Shown here: positions 50,616 to 62,269 of the stretch, piece after piece
Layout of the letters: each line of letters starts with the position of its first letter
Position numbering within the stretch: position 1 is the first letter of the stretch
Assembly (NCBI GenBank): GCA_043228905.1
Contig: JBHGNT010000010.1
Span: forward strand, 10,416,001-10,480,000
DNA from: Azolla caroliniana
Lineage: Eukaryota > Plantae > Polypodiophyta
Direction of reading: 5' to 3'
DNA: 64,000 nt
The notes under the pieces: generated by a model
Seen by the model: only the letters and a program-made list of their open reading frames with translations
The model's database searches: none
What the model was told of the DNA's origin: nothing
Translations under genes and position numbers: made by a program

Positions 50616-52400
50616 GTGGGATCATCGTCGTCCGACCTGACCACCAAAGGGATGACGAGGAGGTGGCTCAAGTCGAGGCCGATTCCGGCCAACGTGGTTG
50701 ACGGGCCATCGGGAGGCGCAATGTTGGAGGAGCTCACAAAAATGGTGCGTGATCTCTAGATTGCCCAGGCTCGGAGGGATAGCGGGGGTAATCGCGTGAC
50801 TGGTGCCCGCCCAATGACCTTAGGTGGATGTGGTGCGATGGTGTCAGTCACTTTCAGAGAGACTACGTTGACTTCACCGAGGCACTACGGAGCAATGTGG
50901 TGTACCTCTGGAACGGTCGGGTACACGCAAGCGAGACATGGAGGCCCGTCAAGAGGAACACTAGTCGAAGCGGCATGAAAAGGATAATGGAGGAAGGCGT
51001 AGCATGACACGTCGAGGCCATCCATTACTCGGCATCGACTAGCATCCTGGTAGGAGGGGAGAAGAACACCGGCTCCGAAAATGACACCGGATTCTGGTCG
51101 ATCATACTTGAAGGCTTCTCCGGGAAGAAGCTGAAGAAGGAGGAAACGGATCGCGCATAGAAGCGGGTTCGAGAGGTCACTAGTTGAGGAGAAAACCAAC
51201 TTTGTAGATGTCGCGTGCCAGAACTACGAAGTTTTGGTCAAGGACAAACGGGTCGGAAAGGCTGTAGGGGCGGGCCCTTCGAGGAGCTACGACACCCAGG
51301 GAAGGCCAAACGGGGTGAAAGTGCTGGCCCGCAAGACAAGGGAAAGGAAAAATTTTCGAGCTTCTGACTGAGCTTAGAGATAGAAAAGATGACAGACCTA
51401 TGGAAGGTCTTAGAGGAGCTAATCCTCAACAATCGGGTGGAATTCACATTACGAGAGGTACTAGGTATTGCCAAGAAGGAGTTCCACGACACGATTCTCG
51501 ACTTGATAAAGAGAAAGCGGCTATTGACTAAGCCGAAAAGCGAGAAACCGGTCGAGGTGAAAGCGGCCCATATCGACAAGGTGGCAATGGAAGAGGAGTT
51601 GTCGGATAGCAACTACATGCGGCCACACTAGGCAAGGGCTACAACAAAGACCCTAGTTCGAATTGGGGACGTAAAGAAGCTAGTGATCAGAAATTAATTT
51701 GACGTCCATGGATTTCTACAAGAAGGGAAAGTGGCCGATCAATACAAAGCATGGTTGGAAGATACGAGCGGCGACCCGCGCAACAGAGGAGCTTTATGGT
51801 GTGTGCCCAAATGTTTGGGTGAAGGTCAGAACATCAAGATCGACCAACATTTCTTCGTGCAGGAGTCGTCCTCTCATCCCGCCATACTTGGTGAATCCTA
51901 CATTACGATGGCTTGGATGGAGACGAAGGTGTTGGACAACAGTTCGGCATATGCGAGAGTGAAGAGCCAGGATGGTCAACACTCCGTCCAATTTTCGACG
52001 GTTCAGCCGAACCACGAGCACAACATGGACTCTCTCGGAGGCGAGGACCGAGAGTATTTTTGAAGAGGGCTTTGAAGGCATGGGGCGGACCGCTATCGTG
52101 GAGATTTCCAGCAACGGTGGGAAAATCAAGTGGAGCAGGTGAGAATGGGGATGTGCAACGATTGCACATGTACATTAGGGAAAATGTAAATAGAAATAAA
52201 GGGAAATGCACGGGAGTTAGTGAGGAATAAGTGTCATGTGTACATTAGTGCACTTGCATATGCGGCGTGAAAGTGAGGTTGTTTAATGTACCTCTTCGAA
52301 AATCAAGGCAAGATATCTCCTCTGAAAAAGAGGAATATTTGACTGACCTTCAATCCTTGGACTATAAATGGAGGAGAAGGGGCTCTTAATAAAGGGTGAC
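50616..52400 (+). mobile_element. Element V: decayed 3' half of a G-like gag-protease followed directly by an LTR-like segment
   Basis: LREVLGIAKKEFHD, WPINTKHGWKIRAA, DQHFFVQE, ending REYF-stop at 52063; purine-rich tract near 52062-52090; LTR-like sequence from about 52094 with TATAAAT near 52363. Confidence 0.7.
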
Positions 52401-54200
52401 AAACATGTTCGTGTTGGTTTACAAACATGGCGTGACAAGCAATTTTACGCGAAGATCTCAAAATGTGATTTCTTCAAGAAATCAATTATCTATCTTGGAC
52501 ATCTCATAACCGAACGAGGAGTTGAAATTGATCCTTCTCGCATCGAGAAAGTCAAATATTGGCCCACTCTCGGAATATTCAAGAAGTTTGATCATTCCTT
52601 GGTTTGGTCGGGTTTTTGCGAAAATCTCTTCGTAATTACGCCAATTTACAACACCGTTTACTGATCTTCTCAAAGGTCAAACGTTTAAGTCTACAAAACC
52701 TATTGTGTGGAATGCTACACTAGGCCTCGCCTTTAAGGAACTCAAGGACCTAGTGTGCAAGGCTCCTTCGCTTCTTTTACCAGATCCGTCAAATTCTTTT
52801 CAGGTTGAAACCGACGCAAGTGATTATGCTATAGGTGCCATATTATATCAAGATGGTCAATCAATAGCATTTGAGAGTAAGAAACTTGATTCTGCTCAAT
52901 GTTGGTATACCGTTCAAGAAAAGGAATTATTTGTAGTTATTCATGCACTTACAACATGACGCCATTATCTTTATGGAAATTGTTTTGTGGCAACTACAGA
53001 CCACAAGTCCTTGAAGTATTTTTGTGACCAACAAGATCTGAAAGGTGGTAAGGCACGATGGGCTGATCTCCTCCAGAACTTTGATTTTTCCATACGATAT
53101 CATAAAGGTTCCATGAACACAGTCGGTGATGCACTGAGTCGCATCCGTGAAGTTAACATGCTTAGCTTCACAGAAATAACATTAGATCTTTATTATCACC
53201 TTCGAGGAAAGTATCTTGATGACTGTTATTTTGCAAAATATTGGGCAAGAGTTGAATCTAGAACAGACACCACCACATCCTCGAAGGAATCCTTCCACAT
53301 TGCTAACGGTCTCCTCTACCATAATTGGAAGGTTTGTGTTCCAAATTTGCATGAGGTCAAAAAGAGAATTCTTTTTTAATGCCATGATGCACCCTCAATA
53401 GGGCACCTTGGAATACATCGCACACTCGTTCTCATCTCCACTCAATTCTATTGGCCTAAGATGCGTCCTGACATACATAGCTATGTGACTAAATGTCACT
53501 AGTGTCAAATTAACAAAGTCAGGCGACTTAAAATTGTTGGACTTTACATCCCTTAGAAATTCCCAACAATAAGTGGCAAAGTATATCCATGGATTTTATT
53601 GTTAGCCTTCCTCTCACCCAAAAAAACCACGGTAATAGCTCCTAAATTGGCTTACCAATTCATTGACAAGTTATTTCGTTTTTATGGGTTACTAATGGAT
53701 ATCGTGAGTGATTGAGATCCAAAGTTTACTTGTGACTTCTAGTTGTAAGTCTTTAAGAAGTTAGAAACTACATTGAGCATGAGCTCCACAAATCATCCTC
53801 AATACGATGGATAGAAAAACCAACAAAATGGGAACATTATCTCCCAATTTTGGAGTTTGCTTACAACAGTTCCAAGCATACATCGACGGGATATAGTCCT
53901 TTTATGTTGATGTATGGTTTTCAGCCACGACCCCCACTGACGTTAATATACATCATGATGAATTGTGAAGTATGCAAAACTTTCTTCGGGATATGCAAGA
54001 TATGGTGCATATTGCACGAGATAATATAAAAACGGCTCAAGATAGAGCTTGTTTTTATGTCGACCATAATAGGCAACCTCATATATTCAACCCTAGACAA
54101 AAGGTATTTTTACGTGTACCTCACAATTCTAAGACATTGTTTACGGGTAAGTGTGCTAAGTTAGCCCCACGGTTTTGTGGACCTTTTACAGTCCTCGAAC
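52400..54200 (+). pseudogene. Remnant of a second T-family chromovirus pol (RT end, RNase H, integrase)
   Basis: Collinear with about 34480-36390, with stops and deletions. Confidence 0.92.
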
Positions 54201-55327
54201 AACACCGAGTCATTTGAAACAAGTAATGTGTCACATTCCTTTATTGATAAATACATGAGATGTCAAGAATTACCATTTTTGAAAAAACATTCAAGAATTT
54301 ATCACGCATGCGCACTTGATTTTTAAAAACATCACTAAAAAATACAGTTAATACTATCAAGATTTCAAATTTAAACGATATTTTCTCCATTCATATAATA
54401 TTTATCCAAATCTTAGATAAGATTACGGGAATGCATCCAACTATAATTGTAATATGCTTTACATGAACAACGTGAATGTATTATCGAGTGAGCAACAACG
54501 TTGACTTAATATTATTGTGCTTACTCGAAACTAAATAACCAAGATTAAAGACAACAAAAATCCTAGAATAAAGCAAAATTCAATTATATTAATCAAGAAA
54601 CAATTATAATAAACATTTGTCATACAATCGATAAGTTCATCATCATCTATTCAAAGAAAATTATACTTAACCACATACTTTACGAGTCAACCTTTGCAAA
54701 CATATGATAAACACATAAAGTTTGAGACACCAATCGGATAGTAAACAAATGGTACTCAAACAAAAAGTTCTTATATTTCAAAACAAGTTTTCAGTTACAA
54801 ATACAAAGTATTATACAATTCACTCCATTAGGAGGTCTAGAACAAGCTGCTCTCCAAGATCAGTTGACAATTGTGTCGCATCTACATGTTCTGTCTGCTC
54901 AGATGAATCTTGTCTTTGATCAGACTCTGGTACATCTTCGAGGTCGACAAGGTCCCCTCCTTCGTCGTCTATAGGTTCCATGGGTTCTCTGGAGAGGTCA
55001 GCAGAAATATCACAGTTTCATTTATATGCTTTGCCCCAACCTCATGGTCCTGGTCGGGACAATCCCATATACCTTGGATCCTCATCTTAATAAAATTGAC
55101 TTGGGAGGGGTCCTTCTCCAATGCAATGCAATTCCTGAAGAATTTGAGAGCGCACGCAGTCGTTGTTCCTAAATAAACAATCATACATGCAAAAGTAAGA
55201 AAAAAAAGATAGGAAATTCTATTTTATTTTAAGAAAAATTGATCACACCTATGAGAATACCTGTTCCAGAGAATAAATCGAGCACCCAATCATCAAGGTT
55301 TGAGAACAACTCGACTAATCAATTAAT

Positions 55328-56101
55328 TGTTAGAAACATGTCCCTCCGGATGGGAAGTGAGAAGAACAGTACTGATGAGCAAACTCGATCGTGGCCGATA
55401 GGCCGAGGCCAAAATCGGATGTGGAAGACCCGGCTACGAAAGACCCAGTGAAAACCGGATGACAAGTACCCGGTAACGGAAGACCCGGTGAGAACCAGAT
55501 GACGAGTACCCGGCAAGAGCCGGATGGTGAAGACCCGGTGAGAACCGGATGTGGAGTACCCGGCAACGGAAGACTTGGTTAGAACTGGATGACATGTGCC
55601 CGACAAGCGCTGGATGATGCAGGCCCGGTGAGGAGTGCTCACCGGATGAAGGGACATATTCGTAAATATGTTTTTGAGAGTCCATTAGGGCTATATTTGT
55701 AAATAGCCAGAAAGTCATATTAGTATAAATATGACTTAGGGCAAACTCTTTGAGGTTGTTGTTATTATTCTTGTTGGCGCAAGAATAGAGCGCGCAACTG
55801 TGTACAAAGAGAGAGAGAGAGAAAGAGACGAAGAGTTCGTATCTCTGTTGTAACCGCTGCCTGTGGCAAAGATAGCAAGCTCGAGGTCATTGCCTCGGTG
55901 CTTCACTATTGTACATTCTGATATAGTGATAGTTTGCAGTCTGTGGGCTGTCGTGGTTTTTCCCTAGTTTGGGTTTTCCACGCTAACATCCTGTGTACTC
56001 CTCTCTCCATTGTGTCTTGCTTTCATTTCCCATTTTCTGTGTATGATTCTAAGCTCGGTTGTGGCCGAGCGTTGCGCATAGGGAGCGTGCAGTTCCTGTC
56101 A
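55328..56101 (+). mobile_element. Solo LTR 1 (Copia A-related) inside a methyltransferase exon
   Basis: TG...CA, TSD TTAAT; first 60 bp resemble copia A U3; internal tandem units of about 37 bp. Confidence 0.92.
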
Positions 56102-57627
56102 TTAATTAACTGTTGGGGCTTTTGATACGGGTTTACTAGACACCTGTCGCCAAACATGTGGCACAATTTCTTCATTACAGTTGGGCACATGATATAGTTG
56201 ACAATGTTCCGCTCATTCACATGTGCCCGAGCCTTCTTCTTAGAAATAGCGTCGTAGTACCCCACACACAAATGCCCCACAACGCTAACCATTCAATCGC
56301 CCGGGGTATGAATTATGTTTGTTTTAACCCTATTTATAATGGAATAGAAACAAGGCAATATATATGTCGTAAGTACAATAGAAGGCATATATTAAATATA
56401 TAGCAACTTAAAGTTTACCAACGCATGTGTTCAATGGCATGGCATCTCGACTTCAATGCAGTAGTGACCGATAAAGCCTGACCCATACTATGAAATATTA
56501 AGATGTGCCATAATGGAGCCAAGGTCAGCTCTGCAAAATCTTTTACCATCTTCTCTATTTGCAGATATTTGTATGGTACATCGTCGTATGTGGAGCTTGT
56601 TATTCAAAATCCATTCGGTATATCCGCGATGAGAAATGTATAATGTCTCTTGGGTAATATGTTAAGCATATTACCCACATCACCATTATATACACTATAA
56701 TACAATTGTCGAAAAGGATCACTCTTGTGCAAAAAACTTTTCACACTATTGGAGTCTTCAGGCACCTCCAACTCCTTTCCTTTTGTCATTCGCTTTCCAT
56801 ATTTCGCTCGTTCCAAATAGGTGATGAAGGTGCTTGGTATGCCTTCATTGTTGTTGACACCCATTTTCTTTGAACGAGGTGGTTTCTGCAATTATACGTA
56901 TTGTAAGAAGATACCCATTATCCTAAAATCAATTAATATTCGTAAAACATACATACCCATTCTCTCAACACAATGAAGAATTCTTGAAGAGCCTTGTATG
57001 ATGATGTTTTTGGGCACGATTGCTCCAGTTCTTCCCATGTAGGCAGGGATAGCTTTTTCATCATCAGCGCTTGTATTTTCATATAAACCTTATGGCTAAA
57101 AAAACAAAAGAAACTAAGGTTAGAATAAAGAGAAAATCAACAAATCAATCCAATGAACAACAATTATCACATAGATTACTCACTTTTGAAACTCTGTCAC
57201 CATTTCATCTAGGTTGAACTCCTTGGTGGTCACTCTTGACAATACAAATATTAATAATCTGTCATCCTTTATCCCTTGCAATGACCGCCAAGGAAGCAGC
57301 TTCATGTCCTCGGCTAATTCTTCAATCACTAAGTCACTTTTCCGTGACTGAGAAATTATCTCCACCTGTTGGTCCAAATTAGCCTTCTTTGATCTTTGAC
57401 CCTTTATTTCTTTTCATTCCCACATACTAAAAATTCAAGCTCGGAGGTCCCACACCTCCCTTGTTCTGAAAGCAAGTCGAAACTAGGAATCATACTTCCT
57501 CAAGCCTTCAAACTTTGTGCTTTTATCAACTGTTATCCCCACTTCAAGCAGACACTATTGTTGCAATCTAGGATGCAGACTAGGAACAGATTTTTTCAAG
57601 GCATCAAGGTACTCGTGATGAAAGAAC

Positions 57628-58334
57628 TGTTGGGAGACAGGTCCCTCCGGATGGAAAGGGAGAAGATCAGTGTCGATGAACAAACTCGGCCTCGGCCGAT
57701 AGGCCTCGGCCGAAGACCGTATGAGGTGGACCCGGCCACGGAGAGCCGGATGATGCAGACCCGGTGAAGACCGGATGAGGAGTACCTAGCTACGGAGAGC
57801 CGGATGATACAGACCCAGTGTGAACCGGATGAGGAGTACCCGGCTACGGAGAGCCGGATGGTGCAGGCCCGGTGTGAACCCGAGGAAGAGACATATTCGT
57901 AAATATGTTTCTAAGAGCCCATCGAGGCTACATTTGTGAATAGCCGAAAAGTCATATTAGTATAAATATGACTTAGGGCAAACTTTATGTGTTGTTGTCA
58001 TTTTTCTGTATTACACGAGATTAGTGTGCGTAACTGTACAGAGAGAGAGAGAGAGAGAAAGAGGTCGTTGCCTCTATTGTAACCGCCCCCTGTGGCGAAG
58101 ATTTGTGAGCACGAGGTCGGTGCCTCAGTGAACTCACGGTTGTATATTCCCACATAGTGATAGTTTGCAGCCTGTGGGCTGCCGTGGTTTTTCCCCTAGT
58201 TTTGGGGTTTTCCACGTAAACCTCCTGTGTATTCTTTCCCTCTTCTTGTCCTGTTTTATTTCCCGTTTTCTGTGTAAGTAAAGAATCTCAGTTGTGGCCG
58301 AGCGTTGGACATAAGGAGCCTTGAGTTCCCGTCA
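57628..58334 (+). mobile_element. Solo LTR 2, same family
   Basis: TG...CA, TSD AGAAC; the host frame EHIKF|FHHEY rejoins on removal. Confidence 0.92.
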
Positions 58335-59833
58335 AGAACTTGATGTGCTCTATACATGACATCTTCTGTCTATAGTCATTATCATTATTGTGGTCCCAGG
58401 CTAGCAACTTGGCTTCTTGCCAACGTACACTTTACATTCTACATAATTGAAGAACGGGGTAATAAGATACTCCTTCACAAGTTGACGTCATGCTTCGGTA
58501 GAGTGGGATCCTCCAATCAAGTAGTATGTGTAATCATCAGCCGAATTGTACTTGAAAGCAACTACAGTTGGGTACCGATCTAGGTCTACCATTACTAAGA
58601 ATGGCACTACAGTAGCATGTGGATTTATCTTCATTTTTCTTTTCAAGTTCAGCATATGCACTAAATGTCACTCTCTTATCTCTAGAGCCCATCTTCCTGT
58701 TTCTGGATCAATTGGTGGCCTTTGAATAGAACAAATCGGTAAGTGAAATAGTTGTCCCTTATGGACAAGCTTAGTCTTTACAATATTCTCTCTAATCCGA
58801 TTTTCCTTTGAAGTGAGGATCCCCGAGGAAATCTGGCCACCTGGAGGAATTACTTTGAGTTGTGTATCTTCCTCATCTTCAATGAACTCGAGTACTTCGG
58901 GTTCGTCCTCCTCAGGATGTTTCCATTTCTTGTACTTCTTGTGTTTTGCTTTTCCTTTTTTGGCCGGCTTTGGTGGGGTGCATGCTTGTGCGACCATGAG
59001 TTCTCCTTTCATATACAAACGCAATACAACAATCAAATTGGTTTTTGTTTCTACATCTTTCTTTAGGGCTTTGGGGTGGCATGAGTCCGTTATAAAATTG
59101 CCTTCATCAACCAGGACTCTATGCATCCCTATTGAGCTATCACCATCGAAAAGCAGGTTTGATGAGTCATTGTGCTCGTATTCAACGTTCTTTATTTGCC
59201 CATAATTGAAGGTTTTTCGCACTTGAAGCTTTCCTTCACCTTCGGATTTTGCAAATATGAGGTGCAAATCCCCTTCTTCCTTAGAATAGATCAACGTCCA
59301 TTCCACATGGGGCTAGATCTTGAGGCGTGGCTCCCCAATCTTAGAGGTCCCATCATCTCCTGACTCAATCAAAGTTTTCTAAGGTTCTCGGTTATGCATG
59401 TGGTCAGCAGGTTTTTTGGTTGGGGAGGGAATCTTCAATTTGAAAGATGGTACCTTCTGACGCAATTCATTGAAAACAAGTAAAAGGACAATGATATAAA
59501 ATATTCTTAAATATAAACACTCTAAACCTTATAACAAAGGTAAAGTTCATGAAAATTAGTAGAAAAAACACTCGAATTTAAATGTAACCTTGTATCGAAA
59601 ACACTTAAAAAAAGCTAATAAAATAGCAATAAAGTTACTATTTCTAGTATATCAATCATAAAATTTTCCTCCTTCAACGAGAACTCGATGTACTACATCA
59701 AGTTCCTATTGAAAGCCACCCCCTTTCAACGAGAACTCGATGCACTGCATCGGGTTCTCGGTGCAAAAAATGAATAAAAATAAAATGGAATCTTTTTAGG
59801 AATCTTTAGAGAACCTTAAAAAACAATAAAAAG

Positions 59834-60550
59834 TGTTAGGAAACAGGTCCCTCCGGATGGGAAGTGAGAAGAACAGTACTAATGAGCAAACTTGGCCGAG
59901 GCCGAAACCGGATGAGGAGTACCCAGCTACGGAAGACCCGGTGAGAACAGGATGAGGAGTACCCAGCTACGGAAGACCCGGTGAGAACCGGATGAGGAGT
60001 ACCCGGCTACGGAGGACCCGGCTACGGAGGACCCGGTGAGAACCGGATGATGAGTACCCGGCAAGAGCCGGTGAGAAGTGCTCACCGGATGAAGGGACAT
60101 ATTCGTAAATATGTTTCTGAGAGTCCATCGGGACTATATTTGTAAATAGCCGAAAAGTCATATTAGTATAAATATGACTTAGGGAAAACTTTGTATGTAA
60201 GGGTTGTCATTCTTGTTGGTGCAAGACTGGAGAGCGCGTAACAGTGTACAGAGAGAGAGAGAGAGAGGAAGAGGTCGATGCCTCTATTGTAACCGCCGCC
60301 TGTGGCAAAGATCGTGAGCACGAGGTCGTTGCCTCCGTGAGCTCACTGTTGTAATCCTTGTGATATAGTGATAGTTTGGAGTCTGTGGACTCCCGTGGTT
60401 TTTCCCTCTCAGGGTTTTCCACGTTAAACATCCTATGTACTCTTCTCTCCTTTTTTTGTGTCGTGCATCCATTCCCCGGTTTTTTTTGTGTATGTTTCTA
60501 AGCTTGGTTGTGGCCGAGTTTTGCGCATTGGGAGCGTGCAGTTCCTGTCA
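59834..60550 (+). mobile_element. Solo LTR 3, same family
   Basis: TG...CA, TSD AAAAG; tandem units gacccggtgagaaccggatgaggagtacccggctacgga. Confidence 0.92.
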
Positions 60551-60949
60551 AAAAGAAGATACCTAGCAATTTTCTTTCCCTTGTTCATGTTGATGATGTC
60601 GACTTGAGTTGACCGGGGAGGCAAAAATGGATGGTCTGGGATGGTATGTGCTCTTGTGGTCCTTTGCTTCTTGAATGCAATAATAACAATGAGAAGAGGC
60701 CTTTCCTTTATATAAATATTTTAAGGGTTTTTTTTTTTTCAAAAAAATTAATTTTAAATTTGATTTGTTATAGAAGAAAATTTTGTACTATTTTCAACTT
60801 AGTTGAGCTTAGTTATCCTTACTCGAGATCTCCTCAACCTCGAGTAAAAGTTCTCTATTCTCCATTGAGCCTTTTAAATTATCTGATAACTCGTTATTCT
60901 CTATCGACTAATATAACCATATAAATAATAAATGATGCCATGTAGAGTC

Positions 60950-62269
60950 CAACAATGATGTAGGGCAAAGTTCGAATTTTTCAATCGAGCCTTTTAACTT
61001 AGGTAGACTACGAAATAATAAAGTAGTTACAGATCCTCAGTATTCTAGTTTATGTAATGATGACGAGGATTGTGTCAATAAGCCTCTAAATTTTCAAAGA
61101 GTTCCTCGACAAGTGAGTGTTAAAAGATATAATTTTTTATGTTTGGATCGCCAAATTGCATTTGATATATGCAAGCCATGTTGCGAGAATCTTTGTCTTT
61201 CAAAATTTGGAAAGGCAAACTTGAGGGGGTTGCGACAGAAGCATTTGTCACTTAATGGCAACGAACAAGATACTTTCTTGATTTCACATATGGAACTTGT
61301 TAAGGACCACGCGACAGTTTCAAGTTCTCTACATGTGGAATATTACCTTTCACTTAGTATGAAGAGTTGTCGAGTAGCTTTTAAGATTGTTTATAGCATT
61401 GGTAACATGAGGCTCCAGAGAATTCAACATCGATTAGACAAGGGCTCGTGGGTACCTTTCAACAATACAAAATCTGCATGTAAGGGTCTGATTGGGCAGC
61501 ATACCGTGAGATGGATGGAGATATATTTTTCGAAGGAATGTGATGTTATGCCCACCACTGGAAGATTATATTTGTCAGATAACTTCACTCGTCATGAGGT
61601 ATATACCAAGCGTATAAGGATGACATGTTATTAGAAAGTGTACCTTACATACAATATCGACATTTTAATTGATTATAGAGATTGAAGTTTAACAATGTGA
61701 TCATACCCCGCAAGGTCTGGATGGGTGTTTGCTCCATATGTGCAAGTTTAAAAAGCATGGAAAAGAGTGGGACAATAGATGAAGAAATAAAGAATTATAA
61801 GAATTTATTAAAAGAATATCGAGAAAGTCAAGCGTTGGAAAGATCTAAATCTATGCACCATCGTCAAAAATCACTTCAATCACCAAAAAGGTATATGTGG
61901 TTGATTATAGATGGGATGGATCAGAAGAAAACTTGTTTGCCACACTTTCGAAGGTTTCTCAAGGATATTGGAGATGAATGCCTAGTGCAAATGCACTTAG
62001 TAGGTTGTCTTCTATATTGTCAGACAATAAGGCTGCAAGTGTTCCTAACTTATCCAAATATCCACAACGACCCTAATCTTACAATAACAATGATGCAAAG
62101 AGTTTTGCCGACTTGGCAAGGTTTACTCCCGCCAGTACTATAGGTGCAACTACACAACACGGCGAGAGAAAACAAGAACTCGACTGTGTTTAGTTATTTA
62201 AGCATGTTAGTAGATAGGGGTATTTTTTAACAAATTAAGGTCAACTACTTACTACTTGGTCACACACCT
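60950..62269 (+). pseudogene. DDE-type DNA transposase pseudogene (DUF7869/Sola-like by recalled motifs), truncated at the 3' end
   Basis: CCENLC, CRVAF..VYSIG, CDVMP, CSICASL, IIDGMDQKK (from 61904), VQL[H]NTARENKN (62144-62179), LLLGHTH (to 62269). Stops and a frameshift; start uncertain. Confidence 0.75.

Larger units (their letters stand above)
54820..59457 (-). pseudogene. Spliced gene for a ParB-like domain, a helical region and a beta-class N6A/N4C DNA methyltransferase; decayed, two exons interrupted by solo LTRs
   Basis: Inferred exons about 59457-57184, 57095-56957, 56885-56419, 56329-55261 and 55168-54820, with phase-compatible GT-AG introns. Motifs in order: PFLVMVD..YYLIGGSHS; VYNGDV..LP..YTFLIADIPN; WVKTN; VNPYQKPQQLI; DDWVLDLFSGTGTT..CALK..RNCIALEKD. 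Possible first exon 60588-60563. Confidence 0.85.

Noticed and set aside
54200-54260. Terminal inverted repeat of the putative MTase transposon
   Set aside because: A sharp boundary exists, but no partner end is visible because the transposase side is truncated by copia E.
54820-56885. Bacterial contamination as the source of the methyltransferase
   Set aside because: The gene has phase-consistent spliceosomal introns and plant LTR insertions with TSDs.
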